From assembly GCA_029881495.1 (NCBI GenBank), contig JAOUMJ010000013.1, positions 3,954-67,953 of the forward strand: a stretch of 64,000 nt of DNA, read 5' to 3'. The notes below the pieces were generated by a model. The model had not been told where the DNA came from. It did not search any database and was given only the letters and a program-made list of their open reading frames with translations. Below are positions 10,461-20,651 of this stretch, one piece after another (positions within the stretch are counted from its first letter, which is position 1; each line of letters begins with the position of its first letter). Made by a program: the position numbers and the translations under genes. The DNA comes from Nitrospinota bacterium. Lineage in GTDB: Bacteria > Nitrospinota_A > UBA7883 > JACRGQ01.

Positions 10461-11420
10461 ATGAAGCAAATGATGATGGCAATGATACCTATATTTGACG
10501 TCGCCCTGTATTTGCTTATATATCCAGCAGCAATATTGTTGAAAATTGTTAGGCGCATTGGAGTGCAGCGTCTTCCTTTTTGCAAAAAGGCATTGCTACA
10601 TGTAGGAGTATTCCCAATCAGGAATCACTTTTATGAACCGTTGTTTGATCATAGGCAGTTAAAAAATTCACTGTTTCAGGACAGAGAACTCCCAGGGATA
10701 GATTTCAATGTTGGGGCGCAATTGGATCTATTGAATAGCTTCAATTACAGCGAAGAATTGAAGAAATTCCCTTTAGATGCAAAGGGGGAATTAAGTTATT
10801 TTTATAAAAATGGCAATTTTGAATTTGGTGATGCCGAATATTGGTACAGTCTGATTAGAATTAAAAAGCCGCGAAGAATAATTGAAATAGGGAGTGGATC
10901 CTCTACTTTGATGGCAATAGCCGCAGTAAAAAAGAATCAACAGGAAATGCCAAGCTATAAATGTGATCATATATGCATTGAACCATTTGGAGCGCCTTGG
11001 TTGGAAAAAACCGGTGTGTCGGTTGTGCGGAAAAAAGTAGAGGATGTTGGCAAGGATATATTTCTCGACCTAAAGGAAGATGACATACTATTTATCGATT
11101 CATCACATATTATCAGGCCTCAGGGTGACGTTCTGTTTGAATATTTAGAGTTGCTTCCAATACTTAATAAAGGAGTAATAGTTCACTTTCACGACATATT
11201 TTCACCAAAGGACTACCCTGAGAATTGGGTAGTTAATAAAGTGCATTTTTGGAATGAGCAGTATTTGTTGGAAGCGTTTTTAACTATGAACAGTGATTGG
11301 GAAGTGATTTGCAGCTTAAATTATCTTCGCCACCACCATTTTGAAGAACTAAAAAGCAGGTGTCCTTTTTTGACTGTCTCGACAGAGCCTGGCTCTTTCT
11401 ATATTAGAAAGAAAAATTGA
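10461..11420 (+). CDS. Putative SAM-dependent methyltransferase (TylF/CmcI-like fold), membrane-anchored
   Basis: IIEIGSGSSTL is a glycine-rich motif, and the protein also has DSSH and HFHD blocks. The N-terminus is hydrophobic. The assignment is tentative. Confidence 0.4.
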   Translation: MKQMMMAMIPIFDVALYLLIYPAAILLKIVRRIGVQRLPFCKKALLHVGVFPIRNHFYEPLFDHRQLKNSLFQDRELPGIDFNVGAQLDLLNSFNYSEELKKFPLDAKGELSYFYKNGNFEFGDAEYWYSLIRIKKPRRIIEIGSGSSTLMAIAAVKKNQQEMPSYKCDHICIEPFGAPWLEKTGVSVVRKKVEDVGKDIFLDLKEDDILFIDSSHIIRPQGDVLFEYLELLPILNKGVIVHFHDIFSPKDYPENWVVNKVHFWNEQYLLEAFLTMNSDWEVICSLNYLRHHHFEELKSRCPFLTVSTEPGSFYIRKKN

Positions 11421-11530
11421 CATTAGCAGATATATATATTTCTGAATAAATCTAATTATAGATGTTTCAGATACATGGATCGCAAAATTCATTTTTTTGC
11501 GATTAAATAAATCTATAGCGGAAAAATAAA

Positions 11531-12724
11531 ATGAACAAGAAATTAAAAATTCTAATATACGAACCGTATCCCTTTGGGCAAATATCTGGAAATTTAAGAT
11601 GTCAGTCCTACGTTATGAAGTTTATAGATAGAGAAAAATGTGATCTCTTGGTTGTCTCGCCTTTTGAGAGTGAATTTACAGAATATGTATTAAAAAAGGA
11701 TCATGGATTGGTAATTTTAAAACCGCCTTCCAGGCTAGGGAGGTACGGGAAAAAAAATCTGAAAGATAGTATTTACGGTAAACTATTAACGTTATTTGAC
11801 ATATTAAAATATAATGTTTCGCTCTATAAGCTCTTAAAAAAAGAAAAAGTCGATGCGCTTTACTGTAACGGCATGAGAGCACTCTTAACATGTTTTATAT
11901 CGGCAAAGCTTGCCAGAGTGCCAATTTTATTATTTGTAAAATCCGAACTTCAGACTAAATATATTGATCCGATAGGTTTTTTTGTGGCCGACAGGATTCT
12001 GTTTTTTTGTGAACAAAATAAAAACGATAAATACCCTTTTCTTGTAAAACTGTTTAATGAGAAAATCGGGATACTGAAAATTGGTATGGATATCGATGAA
12101 ATTGAGGAAGTGTTAAAAAAAGACAAGACTGAATTGAAAAAAGAATTGTGTATTAATGATAAAGATGTAAATATAATTTACTTAGGACAGATATATTCCC
12201 CCAAAGGTGTACACTTTCTACTTGAAGCGATGGGGACTCTTTTACCAAATTACCCAGAATTGAAGCTCTATGTTGTCGGGCACCATGTGCTTGAAGAGTA
12301 TGCAGGTTATCAATTGGAACTCGAAGAAATAGTTGATAAATACAAAATGAAAGATAGAGTTATTTTTACTGGGTGGAGAACAGATTCATTAGAAATAGTA
12401 TCTTTAATGGATATAATGATTCATCCTTCGCTTAAAGAAGGTTTTGGAAGATCTGTGTTAGAGGCAATGGCTATGGGCAAGATGGTTATTGCCTCTGCGG
12501 TTGGTGGTTTAAGAGAAGCTGTTCATGATGGTGAAAACGGCTACCTTGTCAAACCTGGTGATTCAAAAGGGATTGCCGAAAAATTAAAGCACGCTTTAGA
12601 TAATAAAGAAATCATTAAAAAGTATGGTGAAAAAGCTAAGGAAACTGTATATTCTGAGTACATCGCGGAAGAGTATATTTCAGGCTGGCAATGCGAAATT
12701 GAAAAGATGGTCAACAGGAAATAG
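11531..12724 (+). CDS. Family 4 (GT-B) glycosyltransferase
   Basis: The C-terminal EGFGRSVLEAMAMGKMVIAS...GENGYLV block is the GT1/GT4 signature. Confidence 0.8.
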   Translation: MNKKLKILIYEPYPFGQISGNLRCQSYVMKFIDREKCDLLVVSPFESEFTEYVLKKDHGLVILKPPSRLGRYGKKNLKDSIYGKLLTLFDILKYNVSLYKLLKKEKVDALYCNGMRALLTCFISAKLARVPILLFVKSELQTKYIDPIGFFVADRILFFCEQNKNDKYPFLVKLFNEKIGILKIGMDIDEIEEVLKKDKTELKKELCINDKDVNIIYLGQIYSPKGVHFLLEAMGTLLPNYPELKLYVVGHHVLEEYAGYQLELEEIVDKYKMKDRVIFTGWRTDSLEIVSLMDIMIHPSLKEGFGRSVLEAMAMGKMVIASAVGGLREAVHDGENGYLVKPGDSKGIAEKLKHALDNKEIIKKYGEKAKETVYSEYIAEEYISGWQCEIEKMVNRK

Positions 12725-12772
12725 TCCTGATTTAAAAACTTGCTACAAACAGATAAGGGTTGCATTTTTAAA

Positions 12773-13804
12773 ATGAAAATCAATTCAGATACAAAGAAAA
12801 ATCTTATTCTTCTATTCGTTACAATAATAATAACTCTAGTAATGTTTGAAGGTTTAATTCGGATAGTTTATGGCAATGTGAAAATATGGCAATTTCCACA
12901 GATGAGGCACATATCAACATCATATGGATATAAACTTGAACCAAATCAGACAGGAACATATACAACTGATTTCCCTATTACTACAAATTCATGGGGGTTT
13001 AGAGATGATGAGTGGAAAGTACCTAAGCCAAAAGGTGTAAAAAGGATTATGACACTGGGAGACTCTCTCACATTCGGGAATGGTGCTAAATATGAAGAGA
13101 TATTTCCTACTTTGTTGGAAAACAAACTGAAAAAGTTAAACAGCCAAGTAGAAGTGCTTAATACCTCTGCGATAGGATGGACGACATATAACGAAGTAGA
13201 TTTTTTTACCGAAGAAGGGATATCATACGAGCCTGATATTCTGATATTGTGCTTTTTTCAAAATGATTATGTCACTAGGCCGGAAAATGTTCAGATAACG
13301 CTTGATGACGATGGCAGAAGGGACGCAAGGCCTGAATGGTTGCAGTTTTTGCCATACAAATATATATTTTTGTTAAAAAGGTCTGCACTTATATCCTTTG
13401 TTAGGCTGCGACTAGGCGCATTTTTAAATGCAGATAAAAATCCAATAGACATAAGCAGTAAATCAACATTGGATTCACGGCAGGATATTACTGATACATA
13501 TTCTTATATCGCAGATTTGAAAGAATATTGTGATAAAAATAAAATTAAGCTTATTGTAGTTTATATTCCTGCAATTTCAAGATTTGCATTTCCAAAAGAT
13601 AAATCGATTTTACATTTGCACATGGCCGAAAATATGAAAAAAAATGGAATTACATTTTTTGATTTGGCGGAGCCCTTTTGGAATGAAAAAAAACCATTTA
13701 AATTGTACATGTACCCATGGGATAATCATTTGAACGCAAAAGGGCACAAACTAATCGCAGACCAACTATATACTATTTCAGTTAATGCACTTGAAGAAAG
13801 GTAA
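12773..13804 (+). CDS. SGNH/GDSL-family hydrolase or acyl-esterase, signal-anchored
   Basis: It has GDSLTFGNG (block I), a C-terminal DNHLNAKGH (block V, D-x-x-H) and an N-terminal TM segment. An alternative start lies at 12740. Confidence 0.65.
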   Translation: MKINSDTKKNLILLFVTIIITLVMFEGLIRIVYGNVKIWQFPQMRHISTSYGYKLEPNQTGTYTTDFPITTNSWGFRDDEWKVPKPKGVKRIMTLGDSLTFGNGAKYEEIFPTLLENKLKKLNSQVEVLNTSAIGWTTYNEVDFFTEEGISYEPDILILCFFQNDYVTRPENVQITLDDDGRRDARPEWLQFLPYKYIFLLKRSALISFVRLRLGAFLNADKNPIDISSKSTLDSRQDITDTYSYIADLKEYCDKNKIKLIVVYIPAISRFAFPKDKSILHLHMAENMKKNGITFFDLAEPFWNEKKPFKLYMYPWDNHLNAKGHKLIADQLYTISVNALEER

Positions 13805-13943
13805 GGGAGTTGCTGCAGTGTATGGCGCAATATGATTAAATAGTACATCTGAAAAATATTCATAATATAAACTGTTTTGTTGACTGTATGGATGTTTTGG
13901 AATGTGCTATCAATTAAACTTATATATAAGTTAAGGGAATAAG

Positions 13944-14609
13944 ATGGATTACGAAAAAGAAACAAAGAATGCGTACAAGAATATCGAAAAGGCGGAAGAT
14001 TATTTCTCAGGGTACAGCAAGGGCATCAAATGGAGACGCTACTCCACATGGAAACAAAATCAGAATCTGAAAAAGGCATTGGTAAAATGTAATTTGGATA
14101 AAAGTGATATTGTGTACGATATTCCATGCGGTACCGGTATTGCTGGCAGGATTTTCAAGGATTTTCCACCGGCTATTGTCGCATCCGATATTTCAATGGA
14201 GATGATGGCATACGCCAAAAATGAATACAGGAAGGAAGGTTTTTACGGCTTTCTTCAGTCGGATATTACAAACCTTCCGTTGAAATCAGGCACATCAAAG
14301 TGTGCCGTAGTTTTGAGTTTTATGCACCGGGTTCCAAGGGAGATAAGGACAGGTGCTCTCAAGGAACTAAACAGGCTCACCAATAGATATATCATAGTTA
14401 CATACGCAGTCGATAGTTTTGCGCAACGATTTAAAAAGGCGCTGATAAAAATCCTTAAACCGGGCTTTGTGCCTGCACCGTCGCCAACTGCGTACTCAGA
14501 AATAATCAAGGAATTTAGGGAAAATAACCTTAAGGTGCTAAGGGAATACAGAATAATGCCAATCCTTTCTTCTTCAATAATGTTTTTACTGGAAAAAGAT
14601 TCTAAATAA
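13944..14609 (+). CDS. Class I SAM-dependent methyltransferase
   Basis: VYDIPCGTGIAGRIF glycine-rich motif, acidic residue at VASDIS, and an RBS-like AAGGGAATAAG before the ATG. Confidence 0.65.
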   Translation: MDYEKETKNAYKNIEKAEDYFSGYSKGIKWRRYSTWKQNQNLKKALVKCNLDKSDIVYDIPCGTGIAGRIFKDFPPAIVASDISMEMMAYAKNEYRKEGFYGFLQSDITNLPLKSGTSKCAVVLSFMHRVPREIRTGALKELNRLTNRYIIVTYAVDSFAQRFKKALIKILKPGFVPAPSPTAYSEIIKEFRENNLKVLREYRIMPILSSSIMFLLEKDSK

Positions 14610-14812
14610 TTGGGTATATGGCTGAAATCCATGCAATATGCATGGATGGTATATTTATTTTACAGGCAATAATTATGGAAAGAATGAAGGGGATTTCAAT
14701 CCAGTTGAATAAACGGATTCGCAGTACGGATAAATATTCTGCTATAGAAAGACACTCACTCAGATAGCCGATAGTATGAATAATCAATCCTGAAAAGCAC
14801 AAAATTGGAAAA

Positions 14813-15889
14813 ATGTTGGATAATCTGTCAGTTCAGAAATACATAACCAGTTTTATAGAAAAGACGTTTTCGTCAAACGGAAGAAACACGGCTACTATTC
14901 AAGTTGGAGAAATAGAGATAAACGATTTTTCCATATGTTTCTGGGTGGAAATAGAACCCGAAAGCGGGAAATATGGGTTGTATGTAAAGCTTCCGAAGGA
15001 GGAAGTGGAAAAAACGGAAATGTGGAGGATCAACGAATCGGATAGAGAAATGGGTGAAAAGGAGTATGAGAGTCTTCAATTTCTTGATAAGAATTGGATC
15101 GAAGACGAGGATTCCGTAAAATTCATAAAACCGGTAGCTTATCTGCAAAAGTATAATGCCATTGTTACTGAACGGATTTATGCCAAGGGGATCCTGCCGG
15201 AATTCAGAGCATTGGATACGCTTAAGAGAATTATTCCATTTGTTTCTACCGAAAAATTTAAATATTACCTGGCAAATGTAGGGAGATCGTTACGCAAGTA
15301 TCACGACAGGGTAGGGGAACCGGTTGAATACGATCTTGCTAATACGGTAACGAAAATCAAAACTAGGCTTAAGTCCTTGGATATTCCATCCACTACTGGC
15401 AACGATACGAATGAATGGCACGTTCTTCTGGCCAAAATCTCTGGCCTGACGGAAAAAACGGTCATGACAAAAACATTAAAAGGGTTAGATATCAGAAATG
15501 TATTTATCGGTGATAGTGGGAAAATATATTTGCTTGATCCGGGTAGACTTAAAAACGATTGCCGGGAGGCCGATCTTGCAAGGTTTCTTGTCACGATCAG
15601 GATCCTTTACTGGGGGACGCTGAGATTTTTTCTTCGCTTGAAACCTTTAGAGGAATTTGAAAAATTCTTTCTCAAAGGATATTACGGAAGTGACAGCCAT
15701 GGCGGAATTTTGCTAAGAGTTTTTATTATTAAAGAGCTTGTAAAACACTGGGATATGGCATATTTTGCACTCTCCCTGAAATCATGGCCTAAACCGATCA
15801 AATATATTTTGAAAAACATCTATATTAATGGATATTATGAAAGTGAAATTTCAGCCCATTTCAGGAGATTGAAGGATGAAATTTCCTGA
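14813..15889 (+). CDS. Hypothetical protein, possibly kinase-like fold
   Basis: The LDIRNVFIGDSGKIYLLDPGRL region loosely resembles a catalytic-loop plus DFG-like arrangement of phosphotransferases. The match is weak. Confidence 0.3.
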   Translation: MLDNLSVQKYITSFIEKTFSSNGRNTATIQVGEIEINDFSICFWVEIEPESGKYGLYVKLPKEEVEKTEMWRINESDREMGEKEYESLQFLDKNWIEDEDSVKFIKPVAYLQKYNAIVTERIYAKGILPEFRALDTLKRIIPFVSTEKFKYYLANVGRSLRKYHDRVGEPVEYDLANTVTKIKTRLKSLDIPSTTGNDTNEWHVLLAKISGLTEKTVMTKTLKGLDIRNVFIGDSGKIYLLDPGRLKNDCREADLARFLVTIRILYWGTLRFFLRLKPLEEFEKFFLKGYYGSDSHGGILLRVFIIKELVKHWDMAYFALSLKSWPKPIKYILKNIYINGYYESEISAHFRRLKDEIS

Positions 15890-15931
15890 TATGCATTACA
15901 TCAGTATTGGCCAATTGAAGGAGAAGCTGCA

Positions 15932-17395
15932 GTGAATACAACCTACATCATAGATAAGGAAATTGGCTACGGAACCAGACCACCATTTAATCCGGATAAA
16001 AAATATCCGGAAATTGGTGGAAATATTGGAGAAGGCATTGGAGACAATCGTATATACGACATATTGAGAAGGATATTTGTATACAAAAAAATGGATGAAG
16101 CCAATTTCGGAACCGTGAACTGGAACCCTTTTGGTGAATTCATCAAGCCTGGGGATCGAGTGGTGCTAAAGCCAAACTGGGTAACGGAAATAAGAGGGCG
16201 GAAGTATTACCAGGAGCAGTTGATTACGCATCCATCTGTAATTAGGGTGGTACTGGATTATGTGATAATTGCCTTAAAGGGGAAGGGCGATATAACCATA
16301 TGTGACGCGCCAATGCAATATTCATCGTTCAGCGCGCTGGTGAAGGAGAGCTATCTTGAAGAGATTCTAAATAATTATTCCCTGCCTAAAGAAATAAGTC
16401 TCAAATATATGGACCTCAGGCAGGAGGAAGTGGAGCTGGATGAAACTCGGTCGCAAATAATAAAAAGAACGCGGCTTGAAGGCGATCCTTTGGGATATAC
16501 CGAGATTGATCTGGGAGATAAGTCGTACCTGGAGGAATTGTGTATTGAAAACACCAACATAAGGTTTGCTGTAAGCGACTACGATGAAGAAATTACAAGA
16601 ACAAATCAGAGGAGAGGGATTCACAAATATCTGATTCCGAACACAATATTAAGTTCAGACGTTTTCATAAACCTACCAAAAATGAAAACTCACAGAAGAA
16701 CCGGCATTACCGGTGCGATGAAGAATCTAATCGGAATTAACGGCTCCAAGGCATATCTTGTGCATTATTCCAAAGGGAGTCCGAACGAAATGGGTGACGA
16801 GTACCAGAATTATACGACGATGAAGGGGATTGCATCCTACGTTGATTACAAACTGAAGCCCTATATACCGAACGTGATCTGGAAAATAATCAGATATTTC
16901 TGGATGATATATAAAACAAGCGTGCAAAAGAAGGCCAAATCCGGACAGTCGACCGACCTGTCATTTATGACAAGTAATGGTTGTTGGCCTGGTAATAGAA
17001 CTATCTGGAGAACCATATTCGATCTGAACATGATACTTTTATTAGCGGATAAAAGTGGTGAATTAAAGACAACCAGACAGAGAAAATACCTGGGAATTGT
17101 TGATGGAATTGTCGGTATGGAGGGGGAAGGGCCTATAAAAGGGGACCCGCGAGATACCGGGACGATAATCATGGGTGACGATCCCGTTTCGTTGGATGCC
17201 TGCATGGCAGATCTGATGGGCTTCGATATAGAGAAAATCCCTTCAGTCAGCAATGTTCGAAACATAAACAAGAAGTTCAGTTTTTCGTCATACAATATGA
17301 AAAATGACTATCAGAATGTAACTAATGATAAAATATCACGACCATTTAACCCGCCTATGACATGGAAAGGTCATCTGGAAAAAAATAGTGAATAA
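15932..17395 (+). CDS. DUF362 domain-containing protein
   Basis: Starts at a GTG after an AAGGAG RBS. The motif KTHRRTGITGAMKNLIG matches the DUF362 K-T-H ... K-N-L-x-G signature, and a conserved CDAP cysteine lies upstream. Confidence 0.55.
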   Translation: MNTTYIIDKEIGYGTRPPFNPDKKYPEIGGNIGEGIGDNRIYDILRRIFVYKKMDEANFGTVNWNPFGEFIKPGDRVVLKPNWVTEIRGRKYYQEQLITHPSVIRVVLDYVIIALKGKGDITICDAPMQYSSFSALVKESYLEEILNNYSLPKEISLKYMDLRQEEVELDETRSQIIKRTRLEGDPLGYTEIDLGDKSYLEELCIENTNIRFAVSDYDEEITRTNQRRGIHKYLIPNTILSSDVFINLPKMKTHRRTGITGAMKNLIGINGSKAYLVHYSKGSPNEMGDEYQNYTTMKGIASYVDYKLKPYIPNVIWKIIRYFWMIYKTSVQKKAKSGQSTDLSFMTSNGCWPGNRTIWRTIFDLNMILLLADKSGELKTTRQRKYLGIVDGIVGMEGEGPIKGDPRDTGTIIMGDDPVSLDACMADLMGFDIEKIPSVSNVRNINKKFSFSSYNMKNDYQNVTNDKISRPFNPPMTWKGHLEKNSE

Positions 17396-18755
17396 AGAAA
17401 TTATCTATAACTATTCGCCATATTGGCTGAGAAACTTGTGGATTTCCCTGTTTGGATATAAGCTGGCAAAAGAGCGGTATGGGAAGTCGTATTTGGAGCA
17501 TTTCGATCTCTATAAAAAAATACAGTTCGACTCTGTTGAGCAGATACATGAAAGACAAAACGGAATGTTCAGGGAATTTGTCTCATTTGCCGCTAGCAAT
17601 TCCCCTTTCTACAGGGAATTTTATAAAGATTGCAATCTTCCAGGAAATATATCTGAGATATCTAACCTGCCTATCCTGACAAAGGAGCTACTTAGGAAAA
17701 ATGATGAAAAGTTAAGAACTGGGGAGTTGGGAAGCGACAAGATATGCATACATACTAGCGGTACAACAGGGACACCGTTAACGTACTACTTCGCTAAAGA
17801 AGATTTTCAGGCGAGAATCGCGCTTCTCGATAGTTACAAGGAGTGGTTCGGTGTAAAAAGGGGCGATAAAAGGGCATCCTTCACGGGAAGGATAATAAAA
17901 CCGGCAAACAGCAGATCAAAAAAGTTCTGGCAGATGAATTTCATGATAAATCAGAGGCTGTATTCCACGTATCATTTGTCGAAGGACAACTTAAAATATT
18001 ACATTGAGGATCTGGAAAAATATCAGCCGGTCTTCATGGATGGATACCCATCGGCCTTTCTTGTTCTGGCAAAATACTTTCTCGCCGGAAATACAAAGCC
18101 TGGGTTCAGGCCAAAGGTTATTTTCACTACAGCGGAAACGATAAAGCCATATGAAAAGGAATTGATAGAAAAGGCTTTCGGTTGCCCGTTGAGCGATCAC
18201 CATGGCTCTTCAGAAGGAGCGCCGGTTACTGCGCAATGCGAATATGGCAAGTATCATTTTTTGTCATTTCTTGGCGTTATGGAAGTGTTGGATGAGAACA
18301 ACAGGCCGGCAAATGCCGGGAGAGCGGTGCTTACATGCTTTAATACGAGGTTCATGCCGTTGATAAGGTACGACATCGGTGATTACGTGAAGCTCTCTGA
18401 TGAAAAATCGTGTAGTTGCGGGCGGAATTATCCGATTGTTGAAAGCGTTCTCGGAAGGGAAGAAGATTATATCGTGACCACGGAAAGAGGGAAGGTTGGA
18501 AGGCTTGACCCTATTTTTAAAAACAGCCCTTCTACAATTATTAAAACGCAGATTGTACAAAATGAAATTGACAAAGTTGATGTGCTGTACGTTCCTGACG
18601 AACTCAAATTCAAGAGCGAACATCTGGATGTGATAAAGGATCAGCTTCTCGCAAGAATAGGCTCAAACACTGAAGTACGTTTTAACAAGGTTATGGATAT
18701 TCCCGTGGGTAAAAACGGGAAATTCAAGGCAGTTATCAGCAATGTTGGCAAGTAA
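17388..18755 (+). CDS. Adenylate-forming enzyme, phenylacetate-CoA ligase / CapK / F390-synthetase-like
   Basis: It has the AMP-binding P-loop IHTSGTTGTP and an overall length and pattern like PaaK/CapK proteins of capsule loci. The GTG start overlaps the upstream stop. Confidence 0.7.
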   Translation: MNKEIIYNYSPYWLRNLWISLFGYKLAKERYGKSYLEHFDLYKKIQFDSVEQIHERQNGMFREFVSFAASNSPFYREFYKDCNLPGNISEISNLPILTKELLRKNDEKLRTGELGSDKICIHTSGTTGTPLTYYFAKEDFQARIALLDSYKEWFGVKRGDKRASFTGRIIKPANSRSKKFWQMNFMINQRLYSTYHLSKDNLKYYIEDLEKYQPVFMDGYPSAFLVLAKYFLAGNTKPGFRPKVIFTTAETIKPYEKELIEKAFGCPLSDHHGSSEGAPVTAQCEYGKYHFLSFLGVMEVLDENNRPANAGRAVLTCFNTRFMPLIRYDIGDYVKLSDEKSCSCGRNYPIVESVLGREEDYIVTTERGKVGRLDPIFKNSPSTIIKTQIVQNEIDKVDVLYVPDELKFKSEHLDVIKDQLLARIGSNTEVRFNKVMDIPVGKNGKFKAVISNVGK

Positions 18756-18816
18756 TTTAGCCGATGCTTTCATGCTCCGTCCATTTGGCATTTTCCACTG
18801 ACAAGGGATTGAATAT

Positions 18817-20010
18817 ATGAACTACGCGCTTGTATCCCCTTGCGATTTATCTACAAAAATATTCAACAAGGGTTTTTCAAAAATTCTGTCAAAAGATGCC
18901 GGGAACAAGGTATACACTATTGGCCCGGTAACATGGGGATACGTCGAGGAGATAGAGTCTGCGGGCTCCAGGCATATACCCATAAAGATGTCCAGGTTCA
19001 TAAATCCTATAAGCGATATTTTATATATCCTCAGATTAGCCTGGATATTAAAGACAAAAAAGGTCGACATTCTCATTACATGGACTACGAAACCAAACTT
19101 GTACGGACCATTTGCGGGATTGATCGCCGGGGTTCCGGTAAGGATTTGCGCAATAAGAGGGCTTGGCAGAATATTTTCGAATCCGAACAGGATTTCCGAA
19201 AAACTTTTACAGTGGGTGGTTGAAGAACTATATCGGTTTTCCTCGGGACTCAGCGATCTTGTATGGTTCACGAATCCGAATGATTTGAGCTATTTCCTGG
19301 AAAGGAAAATAGTGGATGAAAATAAGACCTTGTTGACAAAGAACGGCATAGACATGAGCTTCTATAGCATGAATGCCGTCAACCAGTCCATTATCACTGA
19401 GACGCGAAAAGAGCTAGGGTTAAAGGATGGCGAGAAGGCAGTTTTAATGATAGGGCGAATGATATGGCCGAAGGGTGTTGAGGATTTTATCCTGGCATCC
19501 GAGATAGTTCACAAAAAGATGAACAATGTAAAATTCATTCTCGTCGCGCCTTTTGAAAAAAGCAGCCCTTTGGGTATTCCCAGAGAATACCTGGATGAAA
19601 AACTGAAAAACGGAACATTCATATACAGGGATTTCATAAAAGATATAAGAGGTGTGTACGCAGTATGCGATATCTCTGTTCTTCCTTCTTACTATAAAGA
19701 AGGAGGGTATCCGAGGGCATTGCTCGAAGCGATGTCGTTCGGGAAACCGGTGATCACTACTGATACGCCCGGTTGCCGAGGGGCCGTTGATGACGGGAAA
19801 AACGGATTCCTGGTTCCGGCCAAGGATCCCGAAAAATTGGCCGAAGCTGTAATGAAAATACTTTCGGACAGCCAGACTGCGGAGAAATTCGGCGCGCATA
19901 GCATTGAAAAGGTAAAAGCGGAATTCGATGAAAACATATTCATACGAAAGGTGCTGGAAAAGCTTGAAAACATCACAAATGCAAACAACATACGACAAAG
20001 TGGTATTTGA
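18817..20010 (+). CDS. Family 4 (GT-B) glycosyltransferase
   Basis: EGGYPRALLEAMSFGKPVITTD...GKNGFLV signature. Confidence 0.8.
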   Translation: MNYALVSPCDLSTKIFNKGFSKILSKDAGNKVYTIGPVTWGYVEEIESAGSRHIPIKMSRFINPISDILYILRLAWILKTKKVDILITWTTKPNLYGPFAGLIAGVPVRICAIRGLGRIFSNPNRISEKLLQWVVEELYRFSSGLSDLVWFTNPNDLSYFLERKIVDENKTLLTKNGIDMSFYSMNAVNQSIITETRKELGLKDGEKAVLMIGRMIWPKGVEDFILASEIVHKKMNNVKFILVAPFEKSSPLGIPREYLDEKLKNGTFIYRDFIKDIRGVYAVCDISVLPSYYKEGGYPRALLEAMSFGKPVITTDTPGCRGAVDDGKNGFLVPAKDPEKLAEAVMKILSDSQTAEKFGAHSIEKVKAEFDENIFIRKVLEKLENITNANNIRQSGI

Positions 20011-20044
20011 GTACCGGAGCCTTAAATATTTTATCGGAAGCATT

Positions 20045-20647
20045 ATGGCAAAACGAATATTTGACGTGATCTTTTCGATTATCATCATTACATTAACCTC
20101 TCCGATACTGATACTCGTTGCCATAGGTATTATGCTTACCTCCAGGGGGCCTGTTATTTACAAAGGCAATCGAACGGGATACAAGGGAAAACCGTTTAAT
20201 ATCTATAAGTTCAGAACGATGGTAGTTAACGCTGAAAAGATCGGAGGCGGCACAACTGGGTTGAACGATCCTCGGGTAACAGCTGTGGGAAAATATTTGC
20301 GGAAATTGAAGTTCGACGAGCTTCCGCAGTTCTTCAATGTAATTAAAGGGGAGATGAGCGTAGTTGGCCCAAGGCCGGAACTTCCCCAATATACGGATCT
20401 ATTCGAAGGGGAGGAAAAAATTATCCTCGATGTAAAGCCCGGCATCACAGATTATAGTTCTATCGAATTCAGCGAGTTGCATAAGGTAGTTGGTGCGCAT
20501 GATGTTGACAGGATGTTTGAGGAAAACGTCCTTAAAAAGAAAAATGCCCTCAGGGTCAAATACGTTCGCGAACAGGGGTTTTTTACTGATTTGAAAATAA
20601 TTTGGATGACAATAGCAAAATTGATGAAAATGCTTTTTTCAAGGTGA
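20045..20647 (+). CDS. Initiating sugar transferase (polyprenyl-phosphate hexose-1-phosphate transferase, PglC/WbaP C-terminal type)
   Basis: MAKRIFDVIFS..., one TM segment, KFRTM and DELPQFFNVIKGEMSVVGPRPE are hallmarks of the bacterial sugar transferase family. The ORF-track start at 19928 overlaps the previous gene; the ATG at 20045 is the likely start. Confidence 0.8.
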   Translation: MAKRIFDVIFSIIIITLTSPILILVAIGIMLTSRGPVIYKGNRTGYKGKPFNIYKFRTMVVNAEKIGGGTTGLNDPRVTAVGKYLRKLKFDELPQFFNVIKGEMSVVGPRPELPQYTDLFEGEEKIILDVKPGITDYSSIEFSELHKVVGAHDVDRMFEENVLKKKNALRVKYVREQGFFTDLKIIWMTIAKLMKMLFSR

Positions 20648-20651
20648 TCAA

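Noticed and set aside
19444-20124. 226-aa minus-strand ORF
   Set aside because: It is antisense to the well-supported GT4 and sugar-transferase genes, has no domain signal and odd composition, and looks like a shadow ORF.
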